Origin: Thermoplasmata archaeon
Lineage (GTDB): Archaea > Thermoplasmatota > Thermoplasmata > Lutacidiplasmatales > UBA184
Length of the DNA stretch: 44,691 nt
Assembly: GCA_022749845.1 (NCBI GenBank)
Contig: JAKIWX010000004.1
Coordinates: 1-44,691, forward strand
Direction: 5' to 3'
This document shows, one piece after another, positions 8,057 to 16,313 of this stretch (its first letter is position 1; each line of letters opens with the position of its first letter). Both the position numbers and the translations under genes were made by a program. The notes under the pieces are model-generated. The model saw only the letters and a list, made by a program, of their open reading frames with translations. It was not told where the DNA came from and made no database searches.

Positions 8057-11000
8057 ATGGCCGAGTCCTCCCAGCCCGTCCTCTTCCAGAGCGGTCGGTA
8101 TGTCATTCACAAGAAGCTGGGAGAAGGCGGGAAAGGGATCGTCTACAAGGCGCTGGACACCCAGCTCGACCGCGTCGTGGCCATCAAACTGCTCAAAATC
8201 GAGGGTCTCGACGAGGAAGCGCTGCAACGGTTCCGGAACGAGGCCCAACTCGCCGCACGGCTCACACACGCGAACATCGTGGCCGTCTACGACATCGGTG
8301 CCGAAGCCGGACGCCCGTTCCAGGTGATGGAGCTCGTCGATGGCCAGAGCCTGCGAGGTCTGCTCAGCTCCAGCCAGGGACCGCTCGCCTTCCCTCGCGC
8401 GCTCGAAATCGCACGGGACGTCGCCCGAGCGCTCGCCTTCGCCCACGGCAAGGGGGTGCTCCACCGGGACGTGAAACCGGAGAACATCATGCTGGCGTCC
8501 GACGGCACCGTGAAGCTGATGGACTTCGGTCTGGCCCGCGCCTTCGACCGACCGAGGCTCACCGCGCCGGGCACGATGGTCGGAACGCCTTCCTACATGG
8601 CGCCCGAAAACGCCTTGGGAAAAGAGTCGGACGAACGCTCCGACCTCTACTCGCTGGGGGCGGTCTTCTACGAGATGGCCACGGGCCGGCCCCTGTTCCG
8701 CTCAGAGGATTCGCTCAAGGTGATCTACAGTCACATCCACGACGAGCCGGCGCTCCCCTCTCGGGTCAATCCCCGACTGCCGACCGCCGTGGACCACGTC
8801 CTCCTCCGGCTCCTCGCGAAGAACCCAGGGGAACGATACGCCTCGGCCGGCGACCTGGAACGGGCGCTCACGGCAATCGGGAAAGTGTCACTCCCCCCCG
8901 AGAGCGTCGAGCCCCCAGGCCCGACGAGTACCACCCTCTCCCCGCTCCCGCACCAGGCAACTCCGGAGGGGCAGCGGATCCCGACGCCAGAAATCGGGCG
9001 CTCCCTGCCCCTGGTCGGACGGGAGGCGGAGGTGGCGAGCCTCAAAGGGTTCGTGGACCAGGTGCTGCGCGGCGACGGAGTGACGGTGCTGATCGCCGGG
9101 GAGGCCGGCATCGGGAAGAGCCGGGTCACGGACGAGATGCGTTCCTACGCCGTCCTTCGCGGACTCAGGACTCTCGTCGGACACTGCCACGAACGTGAGC
9201 GCAGCGCGCCGTACTACCCGTGGATCCAGATGATCCGTGCGTTTGTGGCCGACGCACCCGCGGCCGAGGTGGCCCGACTGTGCGGACCGAACGCGGCCGA
9301 CTTGGCCAAACTCGTCCCGGAGATCGGCGAGAAGGTCCGACTGGTCGCTCCCTCGGAGGCTCCGGACTCGCCCGAATCTCAGCGACTGCGCATGTTCGAC
9401 GCCGTCACTCGGTTCTTCGTCGAGGCATCGCAGCAATCCCCTCTCCTCCTCGATGTCTGCGACCTACATTCGGGGGATTCGGCGTCGGTCGAACTGTTTC
9501 GCCACTTCGCCCGGGGCCTCCCGAGGCACTTCCTCCTGCTCGTCGCCACCTACCGGGACGTCGAAATCGAGGAGGGCAGCACCGTCGCCCGCGTCTTGGA
9601 CGACCTCCACCGAGAGCGACTCAGCCACGTCGTGGCGCTAAAGCGACTATCGAGGGCGGAGGTCGAGCGGATGATCGGGGCGCTCTTCGACCAACCGGTC
9701 ACCCCGGAATTCCTCGACAAGGTCTACGAGCGAACGGGAGGGAACCCGTTCTTTGTGGAGGAGGTGCTTCGCTCGCTGGTCGAGGAAGGGATCCTGTTCC
9801 GGGTCGGCGACCGGTGGGAGCGCAAGTCGATCTCGGAAGTGAGTATTCCTTCCAGCGTGCGCGCGGTAGTGGCGCGAAGGCTGGAGCGTCTCAGCGACGC
9901 GACGCAGACCTTGCTGCGGGTGGCGGCCATCCTGGGGAACGAATTCACCTCGGAGGCGCTCGAGGAGACGAGCGGGGTGAACGAAGGTCGCGTCGTCGAG
10001 GCCATCGAACAGGGGCTGCGCCATCGCCTGCTCCGTGAGGAACGTCTCAGCGCCGGCCGAGTCGCCTACCGCTTCACCGACCCCCAGGTGCGCGACGTAC
10101 TGTACGACCAGACCTCGAGCATCCGTCGGCGTCGCTACCACCGACGGGCCGCCGAGGTCCTGGAAAGGTCGGCCGGCGCCCGGGCGGAGCAGGTCGCCGG
10201 GGAGCTGGCCCATCACTACCTGCTCGGCGGAGCGGTCGAGCAGTCGTTCCGATACTCGGGCCTCGCCGCCCGCCGCGCCGCCCGAATCTACGCGCACGAG
10301 GAAGCGATCCACCACTATCAGACCGCGCTCGAGCTGATGGACGAACTCCATCCGCCCGCGGAAGCGACCGAAAGCGAACCGGTTTCAGAACGCGCCCGGT
10401 TGCACGCGGAGCTCTCGATGGAACAGACCTTCCTGGGTCAGTGGGCCGGCGCGGAGACCAATGCGAACGCCGCCGCCCGGCTCTTTGAACGGGTCGGCGA
10501 CCGAGCGGCGGCGGGGCTGAGCCTCCTTCACGCCGGAGAGATCATCTACTTCGAGCTGCATCGGGGAGAGGAAGGACTCGCCAAGCTACTGCAGGCGCGC
10601 ACCATCCTCGAGAACGAGCCGGAGAACCGGTCGCACGCGGAACTCTGCTTGAGCCTCGGCTACATCGCCGAGAACACCGAAGCCCCCCAGCTGCCGTCCA
10701 GTCGGGCGCTGATGGAACGGGCCCTCGCGATCGCCCGCGCGACGGGCTCGGTCGACGTCGAGGTCCGGACCCTGGTCGCTCTGACCGGACTCGAACCGCT
10801 CTCGGACGCCGACCGAGTACGCAGCGGTCTGGCCAGCGCATTGGCGCTCGCTCAGAAGGCCGACAGCACGGAGGGCCCGTTCGTACTCCACAGCCTCGCC
10901 TGGGTCCAGCTGGTGATGGAGGGAGATTCCACCGCGGCGCTCGGAACGATCGACGAAGGATTGCGCTGGAGCCGCCGGACCCGGGACCGGACCTCGGAGG

Positions 11001-11779
11001 CGAGCTTCGAGGGGACCCTCCTTCCGGCCGCCCTGACGATCAGCGGCGAGCTCGACCGCGCCGAAGCGAACCTCGCGACCCGACGTGCGAGCGGTGCCGA
11101 GCCCTCGGGCTGGACCGACCTCGTCGAATCGAGAATCGCTCTGACCCGGGGGGACCTGGACCGAGCGGCCGCTCTGCTGGACCGCTGGAGAAAGGCGACC
11201 CCACCGGGGGCTCGTTGGCACGACCGACTCTGGCAGGGGTACCTCGAAGGCGAACTCGAGGAGGAGCGGGGGGACTCTGTGCGAGCGCTAGCCGTGATGG
11301 AACCCGCGATCCGGCTCGCCGAACAGAAGGGGTATCCGGCGTTTCGGGCGTTGGTCTACAGCCTCCTGCTCGCCCGGGCGATTCAGGTGACCCTTCGGCT
11401 GGGAGAGGTGGGGGAGGCAGGGGAGGCGGAACGCCGGGTCGCGTCGTACCGGGAGCCTCTCGACCGGATCGCGCTTCAGATCCCGAATGCGGCCACCGAA
11501 GCGCTTGCCCTGCGGTCCCGTGGCATCTGGGAGAATCATCGGGGCGAGACTCGCGAGGCGATCCAAACGCTCGAGGCATCGGTCGCGCGGTGGAGGCAAA
11601 CCCGATGGCCTCACGAGCTCGGAGAGACCCTCTACTCGCTGGGCACGGCCTACCACAAGGCCGGAGACCGTGCCGGCGCTGCCCGCGCGTTTAACGAGGC
11701 GTTGGACGTTTTCACGCGGCTCAAGGCGAGGCGGGACATTGAACGGGTACTCGGGCGCAAAGCGCTCCTGCAGGCCTAG
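8057..11779 (+). CDS. Hanks-type Ser/Thr protein kinase fused to a STAND (AAA_16-like) ATPase and a TPR-like helical region
   Basis: Kinase motifs LGEGGKG, VAIK, HRDVKPEN, DFG and APE; LVGRE; Walker A GEAGIGKS; TGGNPFF (GxP); C-terminal helical repeats. Confidence 0.92.
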   Translation: MAESSQPVLFQSGRYVIHKKLGEGGKGIVYKALDTQLDRVVAIKLLKIEGLDEEALQRFRNEAQLAARLTHANIVAVYDIGAEAGRPFQVMELVDGQSLRGLLSSSQGPLAFPRALEIARDVARALAFAHGKGVLHRDVKPENIMLASDGTVKLMDFGLARAFDRPRLTAPGTMVGTPSYMAPENALGKESDERSDLYSLGAVFYEMATGRPLFRSEDSLKVIYSHIHDEPALPSRVNPRLPTAVDHVLLRLLAKNPGERYASAGDLERALTAIGKVSLPPESVEPPGPTSTTLSPLPHQATPEGQRIPTPEIGRSLPLVGREAEVASLKGFVDQVLRGDGVTVLIAGEAGIGKSRVTDEMRSYAVLRGLRTLVGHCHERERSAPYYPWIQMIRAFVADAPAAEVARLCGPNAADLAKLVPEIGEKVRLVAPSEAPDSPESQRLRMFDAVTRFFVEASQQSPLLLDVCDLHSGDSASVELFRHFARGLPRHFLLLVATYRDVEIEEGSTVARVLDDLHRERLSHVVALKRLSRAEVERMIGALFDQPVTPEFLDKVYERTGGNPFFVEEVLRSLVEEGILFRVGDRWERKSISEVSIPSSVRAVVARRLERLSDATQTLLRVAAILGNEFTSEALEETSGVNEGRVVEAIEQGLRHRLLREERLSAGRVAYRFTDPQVRDVLYDQTSSIRRRRYHRRAAEVLERSAGARAEQVAGELAHHYLLGGAVEQSFRYSGLAARRAARIYAHEEAIHHYQTALELMDELHPPAEATESEPVSERARLHAELSMEQTFLGQWAGAETNANAAARLFERVGDRAAAGLSLLHAGEIIYFELHRGEEGLAKLLQARTILENEPENRSHAELCLSLGYIAENTEAPQLPSSRALMERALAIARATGSVDVEVRTLVALTGLEPLSDADRVRSGLASALALAQKADSTEGPFVLHSLAWVQLVMEGDSTAALGTIDEGLRWSRRTRDRTSEASFEGTLLPAALTISGELDRAEANLATRRASGAEPSGWTDLVESRIALTRGDLDRAAALLDRWRKATPPGARWHDRLWQGYLEGELEEERGDSVRALAVMEPAIRLAEQKGYPAFRALVYSLLLARAIQVTLRLGEVGEAGEAERRVASYREPLDRIALQIPNAATEALALRSRGIWENHRGETREAIQTLEASVARWRQTRWPHELGETLYSLGTAYHKAGDRAGAARAFNEALDVFTRLKARRDIERVLGRKALLQA

Positions 11780-11887
11780 GGCAGGCCCTTCTCGGATCGT
11801 CCATCGCCGCCGTACCGGCCGGCGCTCGCGGGGCAAGCGCCCCCGGTTCACGGCATGTTTAACTATGCTCCTCACCTGAACACCGAC

Positions 11888-12241
11888 GTGCCGCAATTCG
11901 CGATCGTCTTCCCCGTCCTCCCCGGAAAACGGGAGGCGCTCCGAACGTTCCTTCAGGAGCTCTCGGGGCCCCGATATGCGGAGTACGACGCGTCGTCGAA
12001 GCGGTGGGGGTTCGAGAAGGACACCTGGTTCCTGCAGACCACCCCTCAGGGGGTTCTGGTCATCTACTACGGGGAAGGCGTGGACATTCCGAAGGCCATG
12101 CGAGACTGGGCGTCGGGCCGAGACCCGTTCGACGTCTGGATGAAGCACCAGTTGAAGGAGATCACTGGCATCGACTTCAACCAGCCCTCGGACGCCCCCT
12201 GGCCGGAGCAGATTCACCGCTACGGCTTCGACGATCGCTGA
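11888..12241 (+). CDS. Small hypothetical protein, probable dimeric alpha/beta-barrel (ABM/EthD-like) fold
   Basis: FPVLPGKRE...W.LQ.TP.G...I.Y pattern; host-like codon use; TATA-like TTTAACTA about 30 bp upstream of GTG 11888. Confidence 0.7.
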   Translation: MPQFAIVFPVLPGKREALRTFLQELSGPRYAEYDASSKRWGFEKDTWFLQTTPQGVLVIYYGEGVDIPKAMRDWASGRDPFDVWMKHQLKEITGIDFNQPSDAPWPEQIHRYGFDDR

Positions 12242-12309
12242 GTGTTCGGCGGCGCGACCTCCCAGATAGCCCGACGCAACTTGGCCGCGGCGGCGACCCG
12301 GGCGGTGGT

Positions 12310-12620
12310 TCAGCCCCGACCACTCACGCTAACGGAGGTCCAACCGCTGCTATGGATGCACACCGAGCTCCCAGCGTAGTTCGCCGAGATCGTGACGGAG
12401 CCGACCGTGTCGTCGAACGTCTGCCAAGCCAGGGAGCACTGGCCGGAGCTGAGGGTGCAGACTCCGTGACTCGTGAAGGTCCCGAGCCCGGCGGCCAAGA
12501 GGCGGATCTTTCCCTTCGGGACATTCGAGCTGCTGCTTAGGTTCGCGACCTTGGTAGCGCAGGTCGTATTCGCAGGGACGGTGAGGCTCGTGGCCCTGCA
12601 GGAGACTGAGGTGCGGTCAC
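12310..12620 (-). pseudogene. 5'-truncated remnant of a surface protein (Ig-like domain, C-terminal part)
   Basis: Open frame TSVSCRATSLTVPANTTCATKVANL...GVCTLSSGQCS...VTISANYAGSS. There is no start codon at the beginning of the domain and an in-frame stop lies shortly upstream. Confidence 0.55.
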
Positions 12621-12690
12621 ACTCGATGCGATCTCCCGCGGCCTTCCCTTGCCGTGAGAACGAATCTCACCACCCAATGCTTCGAGCGGG

Positions 12691-12705
12691 TCCCGGCGGG
12701 CCCGT
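12691..12705 (+). repeat. Direct repeat of the tRNA-Arg 3' end (attR-like), copy 1
   Basis: TCCCGGCGGGCCCGT, 15/15 identical to 7630-7644. Confidence 0.85.
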
Positions 12706-12754
12706 GTTCCTTCTCCTCCCGGACCTCGAATTGGCGGGCCGGGTAGACTGGCAC

Positions 12755-12773
12755 AATTATATGGCCAATTGGC
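12755..12773 (+). promoter_or_regulatory. TATA-like element and palindromic operator of the toxin-antitoxin operon
   Basis: AATTATAT about 25-30 bp before ATG 12785, followed by the perfect palindrome GCCAATTGGC (12764-12773). Confidence 0.5.
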
Positions 12774-12784
12774 ATGGCGCGGGG

Positions 12785-13003
12785 ATGAACTCCGACACGA
12801 GTCCGACCACTATCACTGTCCCTGAGTTCGTACGCCGTGCGCTCAAGAAGTACAAGACCCCCGGGAAGACGTACGGGGACGTCATTCTGGAGTTCATCGA
12901 GGAGTACCCCTCGGCCGAGTTCCTCGCGGAAATGGAACGGAGGCTTCGAGAGGAGAAGCGGTACCCGATGGAGCAGGTACTTCGCGAAGCTGGCCTCGAG
13001 TAG
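12785..13003 (+). CDS. Antitoxin with RHH-like N-terminus (archaeal RelB-type)
   Basis: TTITV...VR..LK.YK..G.TY.DVI N-terminus; ..P.EQV.RE.GL C-terminus; directly upstream of a RelE-like gene. Confidence 0.8.
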   Translation: MNSDTSPTTITVPEFVRRALKKYKTPGKTYGDVILEFIEEYPSAEFLAEMERRLREEKRYPMEQVLREAGLE

Positions 13004-13008
13004 AGGCG

Positions 13009-13290
13009 GTGCCGGACTATCGGATTGAGGCGACGGAATCGGCTCGCCGCGAATTCCTGCGACTGCCGCCCGACGTGCAGATTTCATTCCGCTCCGGTTT
13101 CCTCCTCATCGGAAAGAGTCCCTTCAGGCGACGGGCGGGTCTTGACCTCCACCAACTCAAAGGAGGGCGGGGTCTGTGGACGATGAGGGTCCGTTCCTGG
13201 CGCGGGCTGTACCGGGCGGATGGACTCAACGTCATCTTTGTTGCTTTTCGGCCGCGCGCTTCTGCCTACCGAGATCTGGCCTCGATCTGA
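13009..13290 (+). CDS. RelE/ParE family toxin
   Basis: YRIE.T.SA.RE...LP, L..LKG..GLW.MRV..WR.LY and F.PR..AY; 93 aa, basic. Confidence 0.85.
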   Translation: MPDYRIEATESARREFLRLPPDVQISFRSGFLLIGKSPFRRRAGLDLHQLKGGRGLWTMRVRSWRGLYRADGLNVIFVAFRPRASAYRDLASI

Positions 13291-13480
13291 TCCGGGCGGG
13301 GGCGCCGGTCTCGGCCCCCCGAACTGCCCCCGGGTCAGCTGGAACCCCGAAGATGGTCGCTTCCCCGCTGGAGGTCTCGGCCCTTCCAACGGACCCCCGC
13401 TTCTTCCCTCTCTCTACCGATTCTTCCGACCGCCTCGCTCGTCGATAGCACGAGTCCAGATGCCCCACCCTTTCGGCGGC

Positions 13481-13495
13481 TCCCGGCGGGCCCGT
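13481..13495 (+). repeat. Direct repeat of the tRNA-Arg 3' end (attR-like), copy 2
   Basis: TCCCGGCGGGCCCGT, 15/15 identical to 7630-7644. Confidence 0.85.
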
Positions 13496-13779
13496 CTAAC
13501 ACTTCGTCTACGTTTCCTGACGGGCCGAGCGGACGATTCGGAGTTCGGAAGGAGCGGGGCGATGACCCGGACGCTGCCACCGATCGAGCGCTCCTCAGGA
13601 GGGAACTGGCGGCTTGAATCCCCTCGGAAGTGTGTCGATTCCGTTCCTATTCGTACCCGGGCCCGAATACGTGGTCCGTGGATGGAGGGGAGCCCGCCCC
13701 CGATGGTGGGGACCCGAGGCGGCCACCGCGAGATGCGATCTCGATCGACCCCATAGATAGCTTTCCGAAAAGGAGATGC

Positions 13780-14364
13780 ATGAGCTCGACTCCGATGAGG
13801 ACGGGATCGATGGACGAGAACGACGAGCTGCCGGAACTTGTCCTGCCGATGGAGTCTCGAGACAATTGCCGTGGATCGCCTTCGGCACAGTATTCCCTTG
13901 TGGAGTATGGCGACTACCTGGCTCCCCACTCCCGGCACGTGCGAGTCGCGGTGATCGAACTGGTCCAGGAGCTGGGGAACCACCTCTGCTTCGTCTTCCG
14001 TAACTTCCCCCAGCCGGGCCTCCACCCGCTCTCCCGACCGGCCGCGGAGGCCGCCGAAGCCGCCGGTCTTCAGGGGAAGTTCTGGCTGATGCACGACCGA
14101 CTCTTTTCCCGACAGGATGAGCTTTCGGGCGAGGTGATTCGGGAGATCGCGCGTGGGCTTCCGGTCGAGATGAAACGCTTCGAGCGAGACCTTTCCTCCG
14201 GGGCTGCCGCACGACGTGTGGAGGAGGACCTAGAGAGCGCGGAAGGGGCGGGGGTAGGCGCCGCCCCGACCTTCTTCGTCAACGGGAGGCTCCGTGTAGG
14301 ACAGTACGAGTTTCTCCCGTTGCTGAAAGCTCTGAAGGGGTCCCGGGCCGAGGATACCTCGTAA
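13780..14364 (+). CDS. DsbA/thioredoxin-fold protein lacking the CxxC motif
   Basis: G...A..LVEYGDY, FVFRNFP...HP....AAEAAEAAG.QGKFW.MHD.LF and GV...PTFFVNG; AGGAG before ATG 13780 (alternative start 13810). Confidence 0.85.
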   Translation: MSSTPMRTGSMDENDELPELVLPMESRDNCRGSPSAQYSLVEYGDYLAPHSRHVRVAVIELVQELGNHLCFVFRNFPQPGLHPLSRPAAEAAEAAGLQGKFWLMHDRLFSRQDELSGEVIREIARGLPVEMKRFERDLSSGAAARRVEEDLESAEGAGVGAAPTFFVNGRLRVGQYEFLPLLKALKGSRAEDTS

Positions 14365-14484
14365 GGCACGAGCGCGGCTCCAGAAAACGAGGGCAGGCCC
14401 GCTTGGGGATCCCATCGAGGAGGTGCCCAATGAACGACGATACGACAGAGGCCCTTCCAACGAATCTGTTCGAGTGACGGGCCA

Positions 14485-14502
14485 TTCGAGTCCCGGCGGG
14501 CC
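14485..14502 (+). repeat. Direct repeat of the tRNA-Arg 3' end (attR-like), copy 3
   Basis: TTCGAGTCCCGGCGGGCC, 17/18 identical to 7624-7641. Confidence 0.75.
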
Positions 14503-14567
14503 GTTCATCGAAACATGGGCGCACTCCCCGACAGACTCTGTCCTGTCCGGCGTTGGGGGTCTCGGCG

Positions 14568-15350
14568 TTACCGCGCGTGCTCCTGGAGGAACGGGAGGGC
14601 ATGGGGGAGCGCCAGATCGCTGCGATAGAACACGCCGAGGTGTCCGACGCCCGGAATCCGCACCATGCGGGCCGTCGGCAGCGCCTGGACGGTCCGTTCC
14701 GTCTCCCGATTCAGATCCTCCTTCTCCCCTGTCAACAGCAAGATGGGGCACCGTGTGCGCTCGAGGACCGCGCGCGGTCCGGGCCAAGCCAGCCAAGCGA
14801 CCCCGTCCAGAGCGTGCATGAGCGGGTCCCCCGACCGAACGTTCTCGTCGATCGCGTCGGGGAACCGGTCGTTCTCGGCGGCCATCCGCGCGTCCACCTC
14901 GTGACGAACCCCACCGCGGGCGACATCCAGCTCGACCTCCGAGCGCTCGTCGACCGGGGGAAGTTCGTTCAAGTTTCGGAGCCGAAGCCCACCGGTGCCC
15001 ACGAGGGCTCGCAGACGGGTAGGGTGAGCTCCGCCGAATGCGATACCCACGAGAATGCCGCTAGAGTACCCCCAGAAGGCCGAGGACTCCTCGCCGACAT
15101 CGTCGAGAACGGCCCGTACATCCTCCACGAACCATTCCATGCGGTGCGCCTCGACGGTGGTGGGACGGTCGCTCCTCCCTCGCCCACGCTGGTCGATGAG
15201 GATCGTCCGGTATCCCCTCAGACCTTCGACGTATCCCGCGTGGCGCCAGATGGAGAGGTCGCCTCCCGCACCCGTGTGAACGACGACGGCCGGACCATCG
15301 CCTTCGACCTCGTAGTGGATCCGCACTCCTCCGTCGGAGACGCTCGGCAT
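14568..15350 (-). CDS. Alpha/beta hydrolase
   Basis: IHYEVEG.GP, DQRGRGRS, nucleophile elbow GYSSG, P.LLLTGEKE and PGVGH. Confidence 0.88.
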   Translation of the reverse strand: MPSVSDGGVRIHYEVEGDGPAVVVHTGAGGDLSIWRHAGYVEGLRGYRTILIDQRGRGRSDRPTTVEAHRMEWFVEDVRAVLDDVGEESSAFWGYSSGILVGIAFGGAHPTRLRALVGTGGLRLRNLNELPPVDERSEVELDVARGGVRHEVDARMAAENDRFPDAIDENVRSGDPLMHALDGVAWLAWPGPRAVLERTRCPILLLTGEKEDLNRETERTVQALPTARMVRIPGVGHLGVFYRSDLALPHALPFLQEHAR

Positions 15351-15439
15351 CGAGCTGCAACCCCCGCCTCGGCGCCCGCGGACGCCGAGACTGCCTTCGG
15401 GAGAAGACGCAGCATCATCAGGTTTCGGAACGCGCGGAG

Positions 15440-16237
15440 TCAGGGCGGAGCGTAGGCGCAGCCGGAGGCCGGGGCAGGGCAGTCGGAGGCGACCGCCGGT
15501 TTCGCGACCGCGCTCAGGAAGAAGGAGTAGGGGAAGCTGGGCGGGAACGACGTCGAGCTCCCCACGTAGCGCCCCTGGACGTCGAAGTACGAGCGGAAGG
15601 CGGCTTGGCCCTGACAGTTCGTGCCGCATCCGTCGCAGACCTCGGGATTCGAGCTGTCCGCCTGGGGATCGACCGTCATCTCCGCGAGCTCATGGCTCAC
15701 CGCTTCCGCGTACACATCCTGCGCGTCGTCGACCGTCAGGCCGACGCCGAGGAGATTCACGAAGCTGTAGGGAATCGAGGAGCGACCGTGGTAGCCGAGC
15801 ACTCCGATGCCTCCGCTCTCCTTCGCGTCCCTATTCACCACGCCGGGAGGGTTCAACACGAGGATCGCTGCGTTCGGGCCGAGGGACGCAGCTTGCGTCA
15901 TCGCGTCGACCCACTGTTGGAGTTGTGCGTCGGCGTAGCTCCCCCCGGTCACGGTGACGGACCGCCGCGGGAGCGGGTTCCCAACCGTCACGGCGGCCGC
16001 ACCGTACTGCCGCGCGTAGGCAGAGACCGGAGACGCAGCCCGCAGCAGGTAGGCTTGCACGGTGGCGAGGTCGGCGGGCGCGAGCGACCACGGGCCGCCG
16101 GCTCCCGTGAACTCTAGGTCGGCAAGGTACACCGTACCCTGGAAGAGCCCAGTTGCCGGGGCGGCGACCGCCGGGAGCGTCGCGGCGGAGCGCTGCGCGC
16201 GCTTCCACCGCCGAGTGACGCAAATGCGCCCGCTCAT
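15440..16237 (-). CDS. Hypothetical protein with GYH and SHELAE..VDP motifs (Phi-1/EXORDIUM-like or zincin-like)
   Basis: LGYHG, AVSHELAEMTVDP, EVCDGC and a Cys-containing C-terminus. Confidence 0.65.
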   Translation of the reverse strand: MSGRICVTRRWKRAQRSAATLPAVAAPATGLFQGTVYLADLEFTGAGGPWSLAPADLATVQAYLLRAASPVSAYARQYGAAAVTVGNPLPRRSVTVTGGSYADAQLQQWVDAMTQAASLGPNAAILVLNPPGVVNRDAKESGGIGVLGYHGRSSIPYSFVNLLGVGLTVDDAQDVYAEAVSHELAEMTVDPQADSSNPEVCDGCGTNCQGQAAFRSYFDVQGRYVGSSTSFPPSFPYSFFLSAVAKPAVASDCPAPASGCAYAPP

Positions 16238-16313
16238 GGGCGACTCAAGGCGGATACTCGTGGTCCCCGGCCGCTCGACGATCCCACCGCCGGGCCGGGG
16301 GTACCCGCCATGC

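Noticed and set aside
7679-13530. GGCCG(G/A) motif about 28-35 bp after the tRNA and att copies 1-2, as possible arm sites
   Set aside because: Too short and GC-rich, with variable spacing; compatible with chance.
12691-14502. CRISPR array interpretation of the repeats
   Set aside because: The repeats are 15-18 bp, 0.8-5 kb apart and match a tRNA 3' end. No cas genes are present.
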